Shown here piece by piece: positions 1-11,000 of a stretch of DNA of 64,000 nucleotides. The DNA is from Macrostomum hystrix. Lineage: Eukaryota > Animalia > Platyhelminthes. Position 1 is the stretch's first letter, and the number at the start of each line of letters is the position of its first letter. The notes beneath the pieces were generated by a model. The model saw nothing but the letters and a program-made list of their open reading frames with translations. It searched no databases and was not told the origin of the DNA. Made by a program: the position numbers and the translations under genes. The DNA is taken from positions 4,588,001 through 4,652,000 of the forward strand of contig CATNEN010000029.1 of the NCBI GenBank assembly GCA_950097015.1, in the 5' to 3' direction.

Positions 1-154
1 GCGACCAACCCAGCCTGTACACAAGCGCAGCGTGCGGACCAATATTAGGCTGAGGAGTCGACTGCACGATAAGGTAATTATTCTATATTCTTTGTAGAAC
101 TACTAATACAGTGTATTTTTAAAACAAATGTTTTCCTGATTTAAGCTCGTGTTA

Positions 155-798
155 TCACAATATTCCAACCGTGTTCTCATGATTCCAACCGGTGTTCTCG
201 TGATTCCAACCGGTGTTCTCATGATTCCAACCGGTGTTCTCATGATTCCAACCGGTGTTCTCATGATTCCAACCGTGTTCTCATGATTCCAACCGGTGTT
301 CTCATGATTCCAACCGGTGTTCTCATGATTCCAACCGGTGTTCTCATGATTCCAACCGGTGTTCTCATGATTCCAACAGGTGTTCTCATAATTCCAACAT
401 CTGTTCTCATAATTCTAGCTGTGTTCTCATAATTCTAGCTGTGTTCTCATAATTCTAGCTGTGTTCTCATAATTCTAGTTGTGTTCTCATAATTCTAGCT
501 GTGTTCTCATAATTCTAGCTGTGTTCTCATAATTCTAGCTGTGTTCTCATAATTCTAGCATGTGTTCTCATGGTTCCAACCGGTGTTCTCATGATTCCAA
601 CCGGTGTTCTCATGATTCCAACAGGTGTTCTCATAATTCCAACATCTGTTCTCATAATTCTAGCTGTGTTCTCATAATTCTAGCTGTGTTCTCATAATTC
701 TAACAGGTGTTCTCATAATTCTAACAGGTGTTCTCATAATTCTAACAGGTGTTCTCATAATTCTAACAGGTGTTCTCATAATTCTAACAGGTGTTCTT
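155..798. repeat. Minisatellite, 20-21 bp units (GATTCCAACCGGTGTTCTCAT / AATTCTAGCTGTGTTCTCAT variants)
   Basis: Direct tandem repetition; variant units occur in blocks. Confidence 0.95.
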
Positions 799-1212
799 AG
801 CCAAAATCTTTATTGTTATCTTAAATTTTTTATCAATGTCACTTTCAGATCGATACATGTGAAACCTCAACGCCCCAATACTTTCATAGTGAGTCAATAA
901 TAATTTTCTGTTTCCAACTTGGTCCAAATAAAATAATTAAATAATAATATGAAATCACTAGACAACTATAATCTGACAATTTCAGTCGGATGGCCAGAAG
1001 ATTAAGACGTGTCACAATGATGCGGGCCCAATGCATTTGCAGGCATACTCGGCGAGACACCTGTGTGAACACCACTGGCTAATTAGAATGAAATTGCAGT
1101 TTTTATTGCTTGCTAATAAAGTACAAAAACTTGCTTCCCATGGTCTGACCGCAGTATGAAAAATAAAGTTAATTACGACTTTGCTAATCGGTGAGAATAT
1201 TATGAAAGGCCA

Positions 1213-1228
1213 GATATTATTATTATTA

Positions 1229-1318
<90 letters not shown>

Positions 1319-1343
1319 TATTATTTTTATTATTTTTATTATT
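1213..1343. repeat. (ATT)n microsatellite; possibly the (TAA)n 3' tail of the adjacent minus-strand LINE
   Basis: ATT repeats seen directly; the poly-Leu ORF 1181..1420 is its translation. The tail interpretation is inference from orientation. Confidence 0.9.
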
Positions 1344-1700
1344 GGGTGCTGATTTTTGTTTATTTTATGTTTGCGGCTGAACAATTCGATTTAAAAAACA
1401 AAGCGATAGGAAAACAGTAGCATGCATAAGATTAATTTTAGGTGAATAAAATATTTTTAAAAAAACTATTTTTTGAAATAAACAAAGGCATTAAAACAAA
1501 AAATGAAATATTGAAATTTAAAGAGAAAATTAAAACTGACCGAAAGGAGAATAGCTATTGTGTTTTTGCATTCTAACTATGGGCCTCAGGGCAGTGGCTT
1601 TTTTATCTAGCTTTAATTATGCTTTCTTTGAAGTCCACAAAACTTTCTGTTAACTCTGTGCTTTCCTGTGTCATTAAATACACAATTTTGTCATCAGCTG

Positions 1701-3345
1701 TTATAGGCTTACGAAATTTCGAACAGAACCTGCCACTTTCTCTATGAATTTATTTCTAATTGGAACATAAACGGACCAATCGCATCTAAAGAGAATATGA
1801 GTTTCGTTCTCTACCTCGACTCTACAGTTTGGACATGTTCTGCTTTCATAGGCGATTTTCGGTCTTACAGTGCGCAATGTCTCACAGGCCAGTTTGTGGT
1901 TTCCTAGACGAAATCGGGACATTGTGCGCCTTTGTTCTGGGTTAGAGATTATTGTTAGGTACTTTTCTCTGGAGAAATCTTTCTTAAATGTGTAATAGAA
2001 GTGGCTGAGCTTGGCTGATTTTCCCATCCTCTGAGTCCAGAGCCTTCGAAACTCTGACTCAAAATTCTCTCTGTGCGTTTTGATGTACTTTGTTTTTCTA
2101 GTCTGTTGACAATTCCGCATTACTTCACTATTCATTTTTCCCCCAATGCCAACATCGCTGTATTCTGTATCTGCCACCAATTTCGCGATGATGGAGTCTG
2201 GTCGGCTCCGAACTGAGGACCAGTATTGAAGGCTTCTTTTTTTAATACTATATAATAGTGGTAGTCTTCCTAATTCGGACCGAGCACCATTGCTGTCAGT
2301 GTTTGGACTAACTTGCAGAATCGACTTGCAGATTCTAGAATTAATTCTCTCTATAAGGTTCCGATCCCAAGTACCCAGTTTCCAGGAGACAAAGGCTCCC
2401 CAGGCCTCTGATGCATAGAGAACTATGCTTTCAATCATAGTTGTGCTAAACAGGATGAGCTGTTTGTGTTTTACTCTCTGAAATCCCGCCAACTTTCTCA
2501 GAAGCATTATTGGATATCCACTTTTTTTACCTAGTTCTATGGCATGAGTATCTCTTGTACCCTTCACGTTCATGTAAAACCCAAGATATTTCCACTGGAT
2601 ATTTCCACTGCTGTACGGGTTCAACCAGTTGACCATGTAAAAACAGTCTATGTGTTGCCCTTGAGTGGAGATTGAAGCTCAGAAGCTTTGTCTTCTCAGT
2701 GTTTATTTCTAATTTATGAGTATTGCAAAAATCTGCTACTTTGTCGAGGCCTTTTTGTAATTCTGTCAGGTCTTCACCAAAAATTACTAAATCAGGGGTA
2801 GGCAATCTTATTTGCTGGCGGGCCAAAGAGAGAACCTAAAAGACGACAGCGGGCCGCATTGACTGTATAAATATGAGATAGGGGAGAGATGAAACACGGG
2901 AGAGATGAGACACGGGAGAGATTAGACACGAGAGAGATGAGACACAGGAAAGATGGGATACGAGAGAGATGAGACACGGGAGAGATTAGACACAGGAGAG
3001 ATTAGACACGGGAGAGATTAGACACGGGAGAGATTAGACACGGGATAGATTAGACACGGGAGAGATTAGACACGGGAGAGATTAGACACAGGAAAGATGG
3101 GACACGAGAGAGATGAGACACGGGAGAGATGAGACAGGACACTGCAGATGTCAGAAGGGGCAACGGGCCGGATTCGAGAGCTTCGAGGGCCGCATCTGGC
3201 CCGCGGGCCGGAGTTTGCCGACCCCTGGACTAAATCGTCACAATAAAGCAAGTTGTTTACTTCTTCATTCAATATGGAGGTATGGATTTGAAATGAGTTT
3301 TTTAGAATTGTGCTTAGCGGGTCGATGTATAGGGAGATTATCTTA
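1701..3345 (-). mobile_element. 5'-truncated, disrupted non-LTR retrotransposon ORF2 (RT C-terminal half plus C-terminal CxxC..H..C region; RTEX-like)
   Basis: LLYCDDLV (split by MITE) IFGEDLTELQKGLDKVADFC...LEINTEKTK...WKYLG...SIVLYASEAWG...ARSELGRLPL...RFRLGNHKLACET...CPNCRVEVENETHILFRC. Frameshift from a 13-bp duplication GATATTTCCACTG at 2585-2610. Clade assignment from remembered motif style. Confidence 0.88.
2793..3227. mobile_element. Non-autonomous hAT (Buster/Charlie-type) MITE with internal ~18-20 bp tandem repeat
   Basis: TIRs CAGGGGTAGGCAA (2793) and TTGCCGACCCCTG (ends 3227). 8-bp TSD TACTAAAT (2785-2792) / GACTAAAT (3228-3235) with central TA. Removing the element rejoins the RT frame. 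Confidence 0.9.
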
Positions 3346-3435
3346 AGCACTTATTTTGTGACACATTCTAACTATATTCCTTATACAACAGGGCGTTGTT
3401 CGATATTCTATTCGATATTCAATTTCGCTAAAAAC

Positions 3436-5487
3436 AGAGGCTAGACTAGCAATCCATTATATTTCTTTAACCACAGAGGCTAGACTAGCAATCCATTCTA
3501 TTTCTCTAACCATAGAGGCTAGACTAGCAATCCATTCTATTTCATTAACCACATAGGCTAGACTATGCTAGACGCACTAGTCGACGGCACCCGGAGAAGA
3601 AGTTGTCTGTCCTCGGCTACGCGGACGACCTTGCCCTGCTGTCTACGACGGCCGAAGGCGCCCAACGGCTGCTGGATGGCCTGACTGCGGCGGCGGCGAG
3701 GGTCGGCCTCGCTATCAACGCCATGAAGACCGAGGTGCTGACGGTGCCGCAAAACCTACCTGCCGAGATTCGACTAAGAGACGGTGACGGCCCCGGGACC
3801 GTGCTCCCGAAGTGCCGTCAGTTCGTCTACCTCGGCGGACTGGTGCCTGACGTGGGCGACGACCTGGCGAGACGACGCGGCAAGGCCTGGGCCGCCTACC
3901 GTTCTGTGCGGGCGGTGCTACTCTCCGAGGCCCTGTCGAACGGCGCCAGGTCCCAGCTGTTCCAGGCAGTTGTCGAGACCGCCCTCTTGTACAATGCTGA
4001 GACCTGGACGATGACCGGGGCGCTCGAGGCGCAGCTCGACGCGGCGCATGCGGCCCTAGTTCGCGCCGCTTTCGGCGCCCGCCGCGGCCCTGGCAGCGAG
4101 ACAACCGAGTCCCTGTACCAGCGTGCGCGCCTAACGCGGCCTTCTGTCCTGCTGAGTCAGCGGCGACTGCGGCTGGCCGGGCATGTCATCCGCGCCGAAG
4201 CCTACTGCCCAGAGCCGCTGCAGGATGTCCTGCTGTGGACCTCGCAGGGACCGCGCAGGCGCGGCCAGGGACGTACAGCCCGCTATATTGACCGCCTTTT
4301 TGAAGACGCCCGAGCACCCAGCCAGGCGGCAGGCGTGAAGCACGTCAGAGACCTGGCACTGAAACGCGCGTTTTGACGCTCCCCCCTCTTGGCCACTTCT
4401 GTGGTCGGCGTGGAGTGTAACTATTATTATTATTATTATTATTATTAGGCTAGACTAGCAATCCATTCTATTTCATTAACCACATAGGCTAGACTAGCAA
4501 TCCATTCTATTTCTCTAACCACATAGGCTAGACTAGCAATCCATTATATTTCATTAACCACATAGGCTAGACTAGCAATCCATTCTATTTCTCTAACCAT
4601 AGAGGCTAGACTAGCAATCCATTCTATTTCTCTAACCATAGAGGCTAGACTAGCAATCCATTCTATTTCTCTAACCATAGAGGCTAGACTAGCAATCCAT
4701 TCTATTTCTCTAACCATAGAGGCTAGACTAGCAATCCATTATATTTCTCTAACCACATAGGCTAGACTAGCAATCTATTATATTTCATTAACCACATAGG
4801 CTAGACTAGCAATCCATTATATTTCTTTAACCACATAGGCTAGACTAGCAATCCATTATATTTCATTAACCACATAGGCTAGACTAGCAATCCATTCTAT
4901 TTCTCTAACCATAGAGGCTAGACTAGCAATCCATTCTATTTCTCTAACCATAGAGGCTAGACTAGCAATCCATTCTATTTCTCTAACCATAGAGGCTAGA
5001 CTAGCAATCCATTCTATTTCTCTAACCATAGAGGCTAGACTAGCAATCCATTATATTTCTCTAACCACATAGGCTAGACTAGCAATCTATTATATTTCAT
5101 TAACCACATAGGCTAGACTAGCAATCCATTCTATTTCTTTAACCACAGAGGCTAGACTAGCAATCCATTATATTTCATTAACCACATAGGCTAGACTAGC
5201 AATCCATTATATTTCTTTAACCACATAGGCTAGACTAGCAATCCATTATATTTCTTTAACCACATAGGCTAGACTAGCAATCCATTATATTTCTCTAACC
5301 ACATAGGCTAGACTAGCAATCTATTATATTTCATTAACCACATAGGCTAGACTAGCAATCCATTATATTTCTCTAACCACATAGGCTAGACTAGCAATCT
5401 ATTATATTTCATTAACCACATAGGCTAGACTAGCAATCCATTATATTTCTTTAACCACATAGGCTAGACTAGCAATCCATTATATTT
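3436..5487. repeat. 39-bp minisatellite (GAGGCTAGACTAGCAATCCATTCTATTTCTCTAACCATA), interrupted by an RTE insertion
   Basis: 39-bp period measured between successive GGCTAG motifs. Confidence 0.95.
3566..4445 (+). mobile_element. 5'-truncated RTE-clade LINE (RT C-terminal half, ORF open to stop at 4376, short 3'UTR, (ATT)n tail)
   Basis: RRHPEKKLSVLGYADDLALLS...GLAINAMKTEVL...FVYLGG...LLYNAETWT...RRLRLAGHVIR. ATT tail 4421-4445. 12-bp TSD TAGGCTAGACTA at 3554-3565 and 4446-4457. Confidence 0.92.
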
Positions 5488-6031
5488 ATTTATCAGTGAG
5501 GCTTTGCTAACACTATTCAGTTTTAGAATTTGTAGCGAAAACGCAGAGACCGTGAGATTTTCGGTGCAATTCTATATAGTTTGTACTCATTTATAACACT
5601 TATATACTGTTTGCTTTTGCTGTTTATTTTCCGTCAGTCAAGCAATCGACAAGTTGGTTGGAGATGGGGGTTAGCAACAAGGCGAGAAACTCTGGCAGGT
5701 ATTTTGGACCAATGCAATGTGCACAATATGCATTTATATGGTGCGATCATAATGCTCAAATTGAGTCATTTTACTAATAATAAGAAGTGCAATTGAAACT
5801 GCAGAAAATCTTCCAGAACAAAAAAACTTCACAGATGATAGGGGAAAAAACGGATCAAATCGCATTTTGGCCACATCCTGCTCAGTAAACTCATCTTCGA
5901 TAGCAGCTCAGAGTTGCATGCATGTGATACCCACATAGCACTAACGATACTACTGACCAACTGCAGCAGATAAGAAAAGCGATTCCGATTCGCTGGACCG
6001 ATTTGACAGATTTATGACCGCGAACCTGGGA

Positions 6032-6789
6032 CAATCCACTCTATCCCTGCAGTCATAGAGGCTAGACTAGCAATCCACTCTATCCCTGCAGCCATAGAGG
6101 CTAGACTAGCAATCCACTCTATCCCTGCAGCCATAGAGGCTAGACTAGCAATCCATTCTATCCCTGCAGCCATAGAGGCTAGACTAGCAATCCACTCTAA
6201 CCCTGCAGCCATAGAGGCTAGACTAGCAATCCACTCTATCCCTGCAGCCATAGAGGCTAGACTAGCAATCCACTCTATCCCTGCAGCCATAGAGGCTAGA
6301 CTAGCAATCCATTCTATCCCTGCAGCCATAGAGGCTAGACTAGCAATCCATTCTATCCCTGCAGCCATAGAGGCTAGACTAGCAATCCATTCTATCCCTG
6401 CAACCATAGAGGCTAGACTAGCAATCCATTCTATCCCTGCAGCCATAGAGGCTAGACTAGCAATCCACTCTATCCCTGCAGCCATAGAGGCTAGACTAGC
6501 AATCCATTCTATCCCTGCAGCCATAGAGGCTAGACTAGCAATCCATTCTATCCCTGCAGCCATAGAGGCTAGACTAGCAATCCATTCTATCCCTGCAACC
6601 ATAGAGGCTAGACTAGCAATCCATTCTATCCCTGCAACCATAGAGGCTAGACTAGCAATCCATTCTATCCCTGCAGCCATAGAGGCTAGAATAGCATTGC
6701 TAGTTCAGCAATCCATTCTATTCCTCAATCCATTGAGGCTAGACTAGCCATCCCTCTTTAATCCATAGAGGCCGGACTAGCAATCCATG
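6032..6789. repeat. 39-bp minisatellite (GAGGCTAGACTAGCAATCCATTCTATCCCTGCAGCCATA), related to 3436-5487
   Basis: Direct repetition; ORF 6012..6680 repeats a 13-aa unit. Confidence 0.95.
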
Positions 6790-7439
6790 CGTGAATGTCT
6801 ATGGCAAAGCCCGTTCTATTGTGATCTTGGGCGAGAACAACAACAAAAAGGTAAAAAGGAGTAAAAATTGAAAGACAAAAAAGCACACAAACAAACAGAA
6901 TAAATTATAACTAGGGCGGGCGTGTAGGATAACAAACAAAGCCGACCGCAGTGATTACAGTTGGCCTTGCTCAGGCCAGACTTTGTACATCTACGAGATT
7001 ATGAAGAATAAAACAAGCAAAACTTATTTTAGCAAAAGACTATAACAAGAGCGAATTTATCTGATTTATGCAAAACGCTAATTAAAAATCTAATTTTCAT
7101 TGACTCGATGATGCGAATTAAGTAACGAATTTATCGAAGTGAAAGATTCCTCTCCTGTTTTCTAATTATTCGATGTCTTGAAAAAAATGAGTTCATAGAA
7201 ACACCCCATGCAAAGTTTGTGCGAGAGTTTATTTTCATGAGAACTGCGATGCGTTGACTGTTGTTTTTTTATTTTTTCTCTCCATTTCGCTGAGACAGAC
7301 AAGGGTGTAGGTTTTAATCACACTGCACTAGGGACTAGCAGTACTCGATGGAGAAGCTGAAAGTGTTTGACATTTCTGCGATAGTTACTTTTTTCTTGGC
7401 AAGTTTGAAGTCGTTCACCCGTGACTTATTTGACCACTC

Positions 7440-7950
7440 AAGTGAAAGCTCGCCTGAATTCTCTAGCAAGTGCTCATCTGAGTGCTCAAGCGAGTGTTCA
7501 AGCGAGTGCTCAAACAAGTGCAAGCGAGTGCTCAAGCGAGTGCTCAATCGAGTACTCAAGCGAGTGCTCAAGTGAGTGCTCAAGCGAGTGCTTATCTGAG
7601 TGCTCATCTGAGTGCTCATCTGAGTACTCAAGGAGTGCTTATCTGAGTGCTTATCTGAGTGCTCATTTGAGTGCTCATCTGAGTACTCAAGCGAGTGCTC
7701 ATCTGAGTACTCAAGCGAGTGCTCATCTGAGTACTCAAGCGAGTGCTCAAGTGAGTGCTCAAGCGAGTGCCTATCTGAGTTCTCAAGCGAGTGCTCAAGT
7801 GAGTGCTAATCTGAGTACTCAAGGAGTGCTTATCTGAGTGCTCATCTGAGTGCTCATCTGAGTACTCAAGTGAGTGTTCATCTGAGTGCTCAAGCAAGTG
7901 CTCGTCTGAGTGCTCACCTGAATGCTCAAGCGAGTGCTCACCTGAGTGCT
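7440..7950. repeat. 12-bp minisatellite (GAGTGCTCAAGC / GAGTGCTCATCT) just downstream of the MXD stop codon
   Basis: Direct repetition; 4-aa periodic ORFs on both strands. Confidence 0.93.
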
Positions 7951-8000
7951 GAAATTAGTGGTTTCCCAGTGTACTCAAATAATAGCTCACCTAGTGTTGC

Positions 8001-11000
8001 TCATCGACTAGCGCCACTAACAGCGGCGACGACAACTACCGGGCCGCAGCAGTTCCGCGGGCTGTCGTAGCCGGAGTCGGGGCTGTCCTCGGCCCGCAGT
8101 CGCGACGTCAGCTGGGGTGGCGTCCCAGTTGTTGAGTCCTCTGAAAATTGTCGGAAATGAGAATCGGGAATCACACTGGTTATATCTTTAATGCAATACA
8201 GATCTCAATAGCAAACAAATAAAGTAATTTGCAATGACTAATTATAGAAATAATAAATTTCGCTGAGCATTCATAGGTCCTCATCGATTGTGAGACTTGG
8301 GACTAGCTAGATAGTTAGAGAGCAGTTTTGTGCCGCGTGCCCTTGCAAGTGTAACGGCTGAGTTAGAGTAGCCTATTGATTCCACCCACCCTCCGTCCTC
8401 TCTGAGCTGAATCCAAGCCAATAAATCGATTGTGTCACTGGCTAGGGAGTGGAAGGGAATATGAGGGGCATTAGCCTGAAACTTGGTTGCAGATGGAATG
8501 GAAAAGGACGCGTCCATCAACAAAGGTTGGACTTAAAAGTGCAAGTAAACAAAGTGAAATAAAAAAACAGTCTTTGTTCTAGTCGAATGAAATTACAAAT
8601 TCATTGTTAAGTTGATTAGGTTTTCAGCTTAAAGGTAGAAAAGGTTTAAAGATTCCTTTTAACGACTCCGTTTAACGATTCCTACCTGTACTATTCATGC
8701 CTGTTCCTAACTATCTGCACGCCCTCATCCTATCAATGTCATTGGGCTGTCAGCAACTGGACAGAAGTTGGCTAGAATAGTTTTGTGGCCTAGCCAAGAT
8801 GCAACACTGATAGAAAGATTAACAAACAAACAGAAATAGAGTTCTATATAGCTCGTAACAATAAGGAGAAGAACAGGAGAGCCTTTTTGGGATTCTTATA
8901 AAGCTCTGTTTGGAATCCAATTGAAGAAGAATTCACCCCATACACCCGCCCACGCATTCTCCCTACAGCAACACTAACACTGATGTGCTGATGTGCAAAG
9001 TCAGAGATTGACTTCACCTCCTAGATACAGAGAGACAGAGAGACAGAGAGAAAGAGAGACAGAGACACACAGAGAGAAACAGAGATAGAGATAGCCAAGG
9101 AGATAGAGAGAGAGAGAGAGAAAGGGACAGAGAGAAAGAGAAAAAGAGAAAGGGACAGAGAGACAGAGAGAGAGAAAGGGACAGAGAAAGACAGAGAGAG
9201 AGAGAAAGGGACAGAGAAAGACAGAGAGAGAGAGAAAGGGACAGAGAAAGACAGAGAGAGAGAAAGGGACAGAGAAAGACAGAGAGAGAAAGGGACAGAG
9301 AGAAAGAGAAAAAGAGAAAGGGACAGAGAGACAGAGAGAGAGACAGAGAGAAAGAGAGACAGAGACACACAGAGAGAAACAGAGATAGAGATAGCCAAGG
9401 AGATAGAGAGAGAGAGAGAGAAAGGGACAGAGAGAAAGAGAAAAAGAGAAAGGGACAGAGAGACAGAGAGAGAGAAAGGGACAGAGAAAGACAGAGAGAG
9501 AGAGAAAGGGACAGAGAAAGACAGAGAGAGAGAAAGGGACAGAGAAAGACAGAGAGAGAAAGGGACAGAGAAAGACAGAGAGAGAAAGGGACAGAGAGAA
9601 AGAGAAAAAGAGAAAGGGACAGAGAAAGAGAGAGAGAGAGAAAGGGACAGAGAAAGACAGAGAAACAGAGACGTAGGTAGCAGCTAGCAGCAGCAGCTAA
9701 GCATAAAAGTGCAATAACTCTGCAATAACTCGCACAGTTATCACTCTCTCACCTGTTGCAAAGGCATCGCAATCCCCAAACTTGTAAAGTATTACTTGCT
9801 AATCTTCTAGAAGTTACACAAAACCGATGCGCAGTCTACAAGTTGTCGGCCTCCAAAAGCAGAAACAAACACTAACTACATGGTCGGTCTATGTTTGGGA
9901 CTGTCATTCGATCGATGATGATTCGATATTTCTCATGCAGGTTTTCTTCATACTGTTCTAATTTTTCTTTTTTTTTATTTCATAATCTGCTAAATTGTGA
10001 CAAAGGTGGGCCGATCACACAAAGTACTATGCAACAGCGGTGGTTGCAGTGACTGCTAGAAAAACATAGGTACAAATGTACGTTTAATTAGCACGCGTCT
10101 TATGACTAGAGACCTTCCCACTTTAACATTTCAGCTTATAGCCTAATAGCCTAATAGCCTAATAGCATTAGAATCGTGTGCAAATCTGTTCTTCCTCTAC
10201 AAACAAACTTCAGACCTGGATTGAAGAACACAGGAGTGTTACTTGTGAACTTGTGAACTGATTACTTGTCCGAATTCGTGAACTTTTCAAGCGAAAAGCG
10301 AACTTCACTGTGAAAATCTGACTGCAGACACTCTAAGAATACCTATTTATAAATTGTGAACAGCAGCTTATAGACACTGTGAACAGCAGCTTACAGACAA
10401 TTGAACAGCAGCTTACATATAATGTGAACAGCAGCTTATAGACACTGTAACCACCAGCTTACAGACACTGTGAACAGCAGTTTACAGACACTGTGAACAG
10501 CAGTTTACAGACACTGTGAACAGCAGTTTACAGACACTGTGAACAGCAGCTTATAGACACTGTGAACACCAGCTTACAGACACTGTGAACAGCAGTTTAC
10601 AGACACTGTGAACAGCAGTTTACAGACACTGTGAACAGCAGTTTACAGACACTGTGAACAGCAGTTTACAGACACTGTGAACAGCAGTTTACAGACAATT
10701 GAACAGCAGTTTACAGACACTGTGAACAGCAGATTACAGACACTGTGAACAGCAGTTTACAGACACTGTGAACAGAAGTTTACAGACACTGTGAACAGCA
10801 GTTTACAGACACTGTGAACAGCAGTTTCAGACACTGTGAACAGCAGTTTACAGACACTGTGAACAGCAGTTTACAGACACTGTGAACAGCAGTTTACAGA
10901 CACTGTGAACAGCAGTTTACAGACACTGTGAACAGCAGTTTACAGACACTGTGAACAGCAGTTTACAGACAATTGAACAGCAGTTTACAGACACTGTGAA

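Noticed and set aside
1-5698. Possible plus-strand exons at 1-73 and ~5637-5698 (also ~15065-15121)
   Set aside because: Plausible splice signals and short open frames, but no recognisable protein similarity and no way to link them.
7326-7996. CACTAGG...CCTAGTG as TIRs around the 12-bp array
   Set aside because: Only a 7-bp match, no TSD, and it abuts the MXD stop codon.
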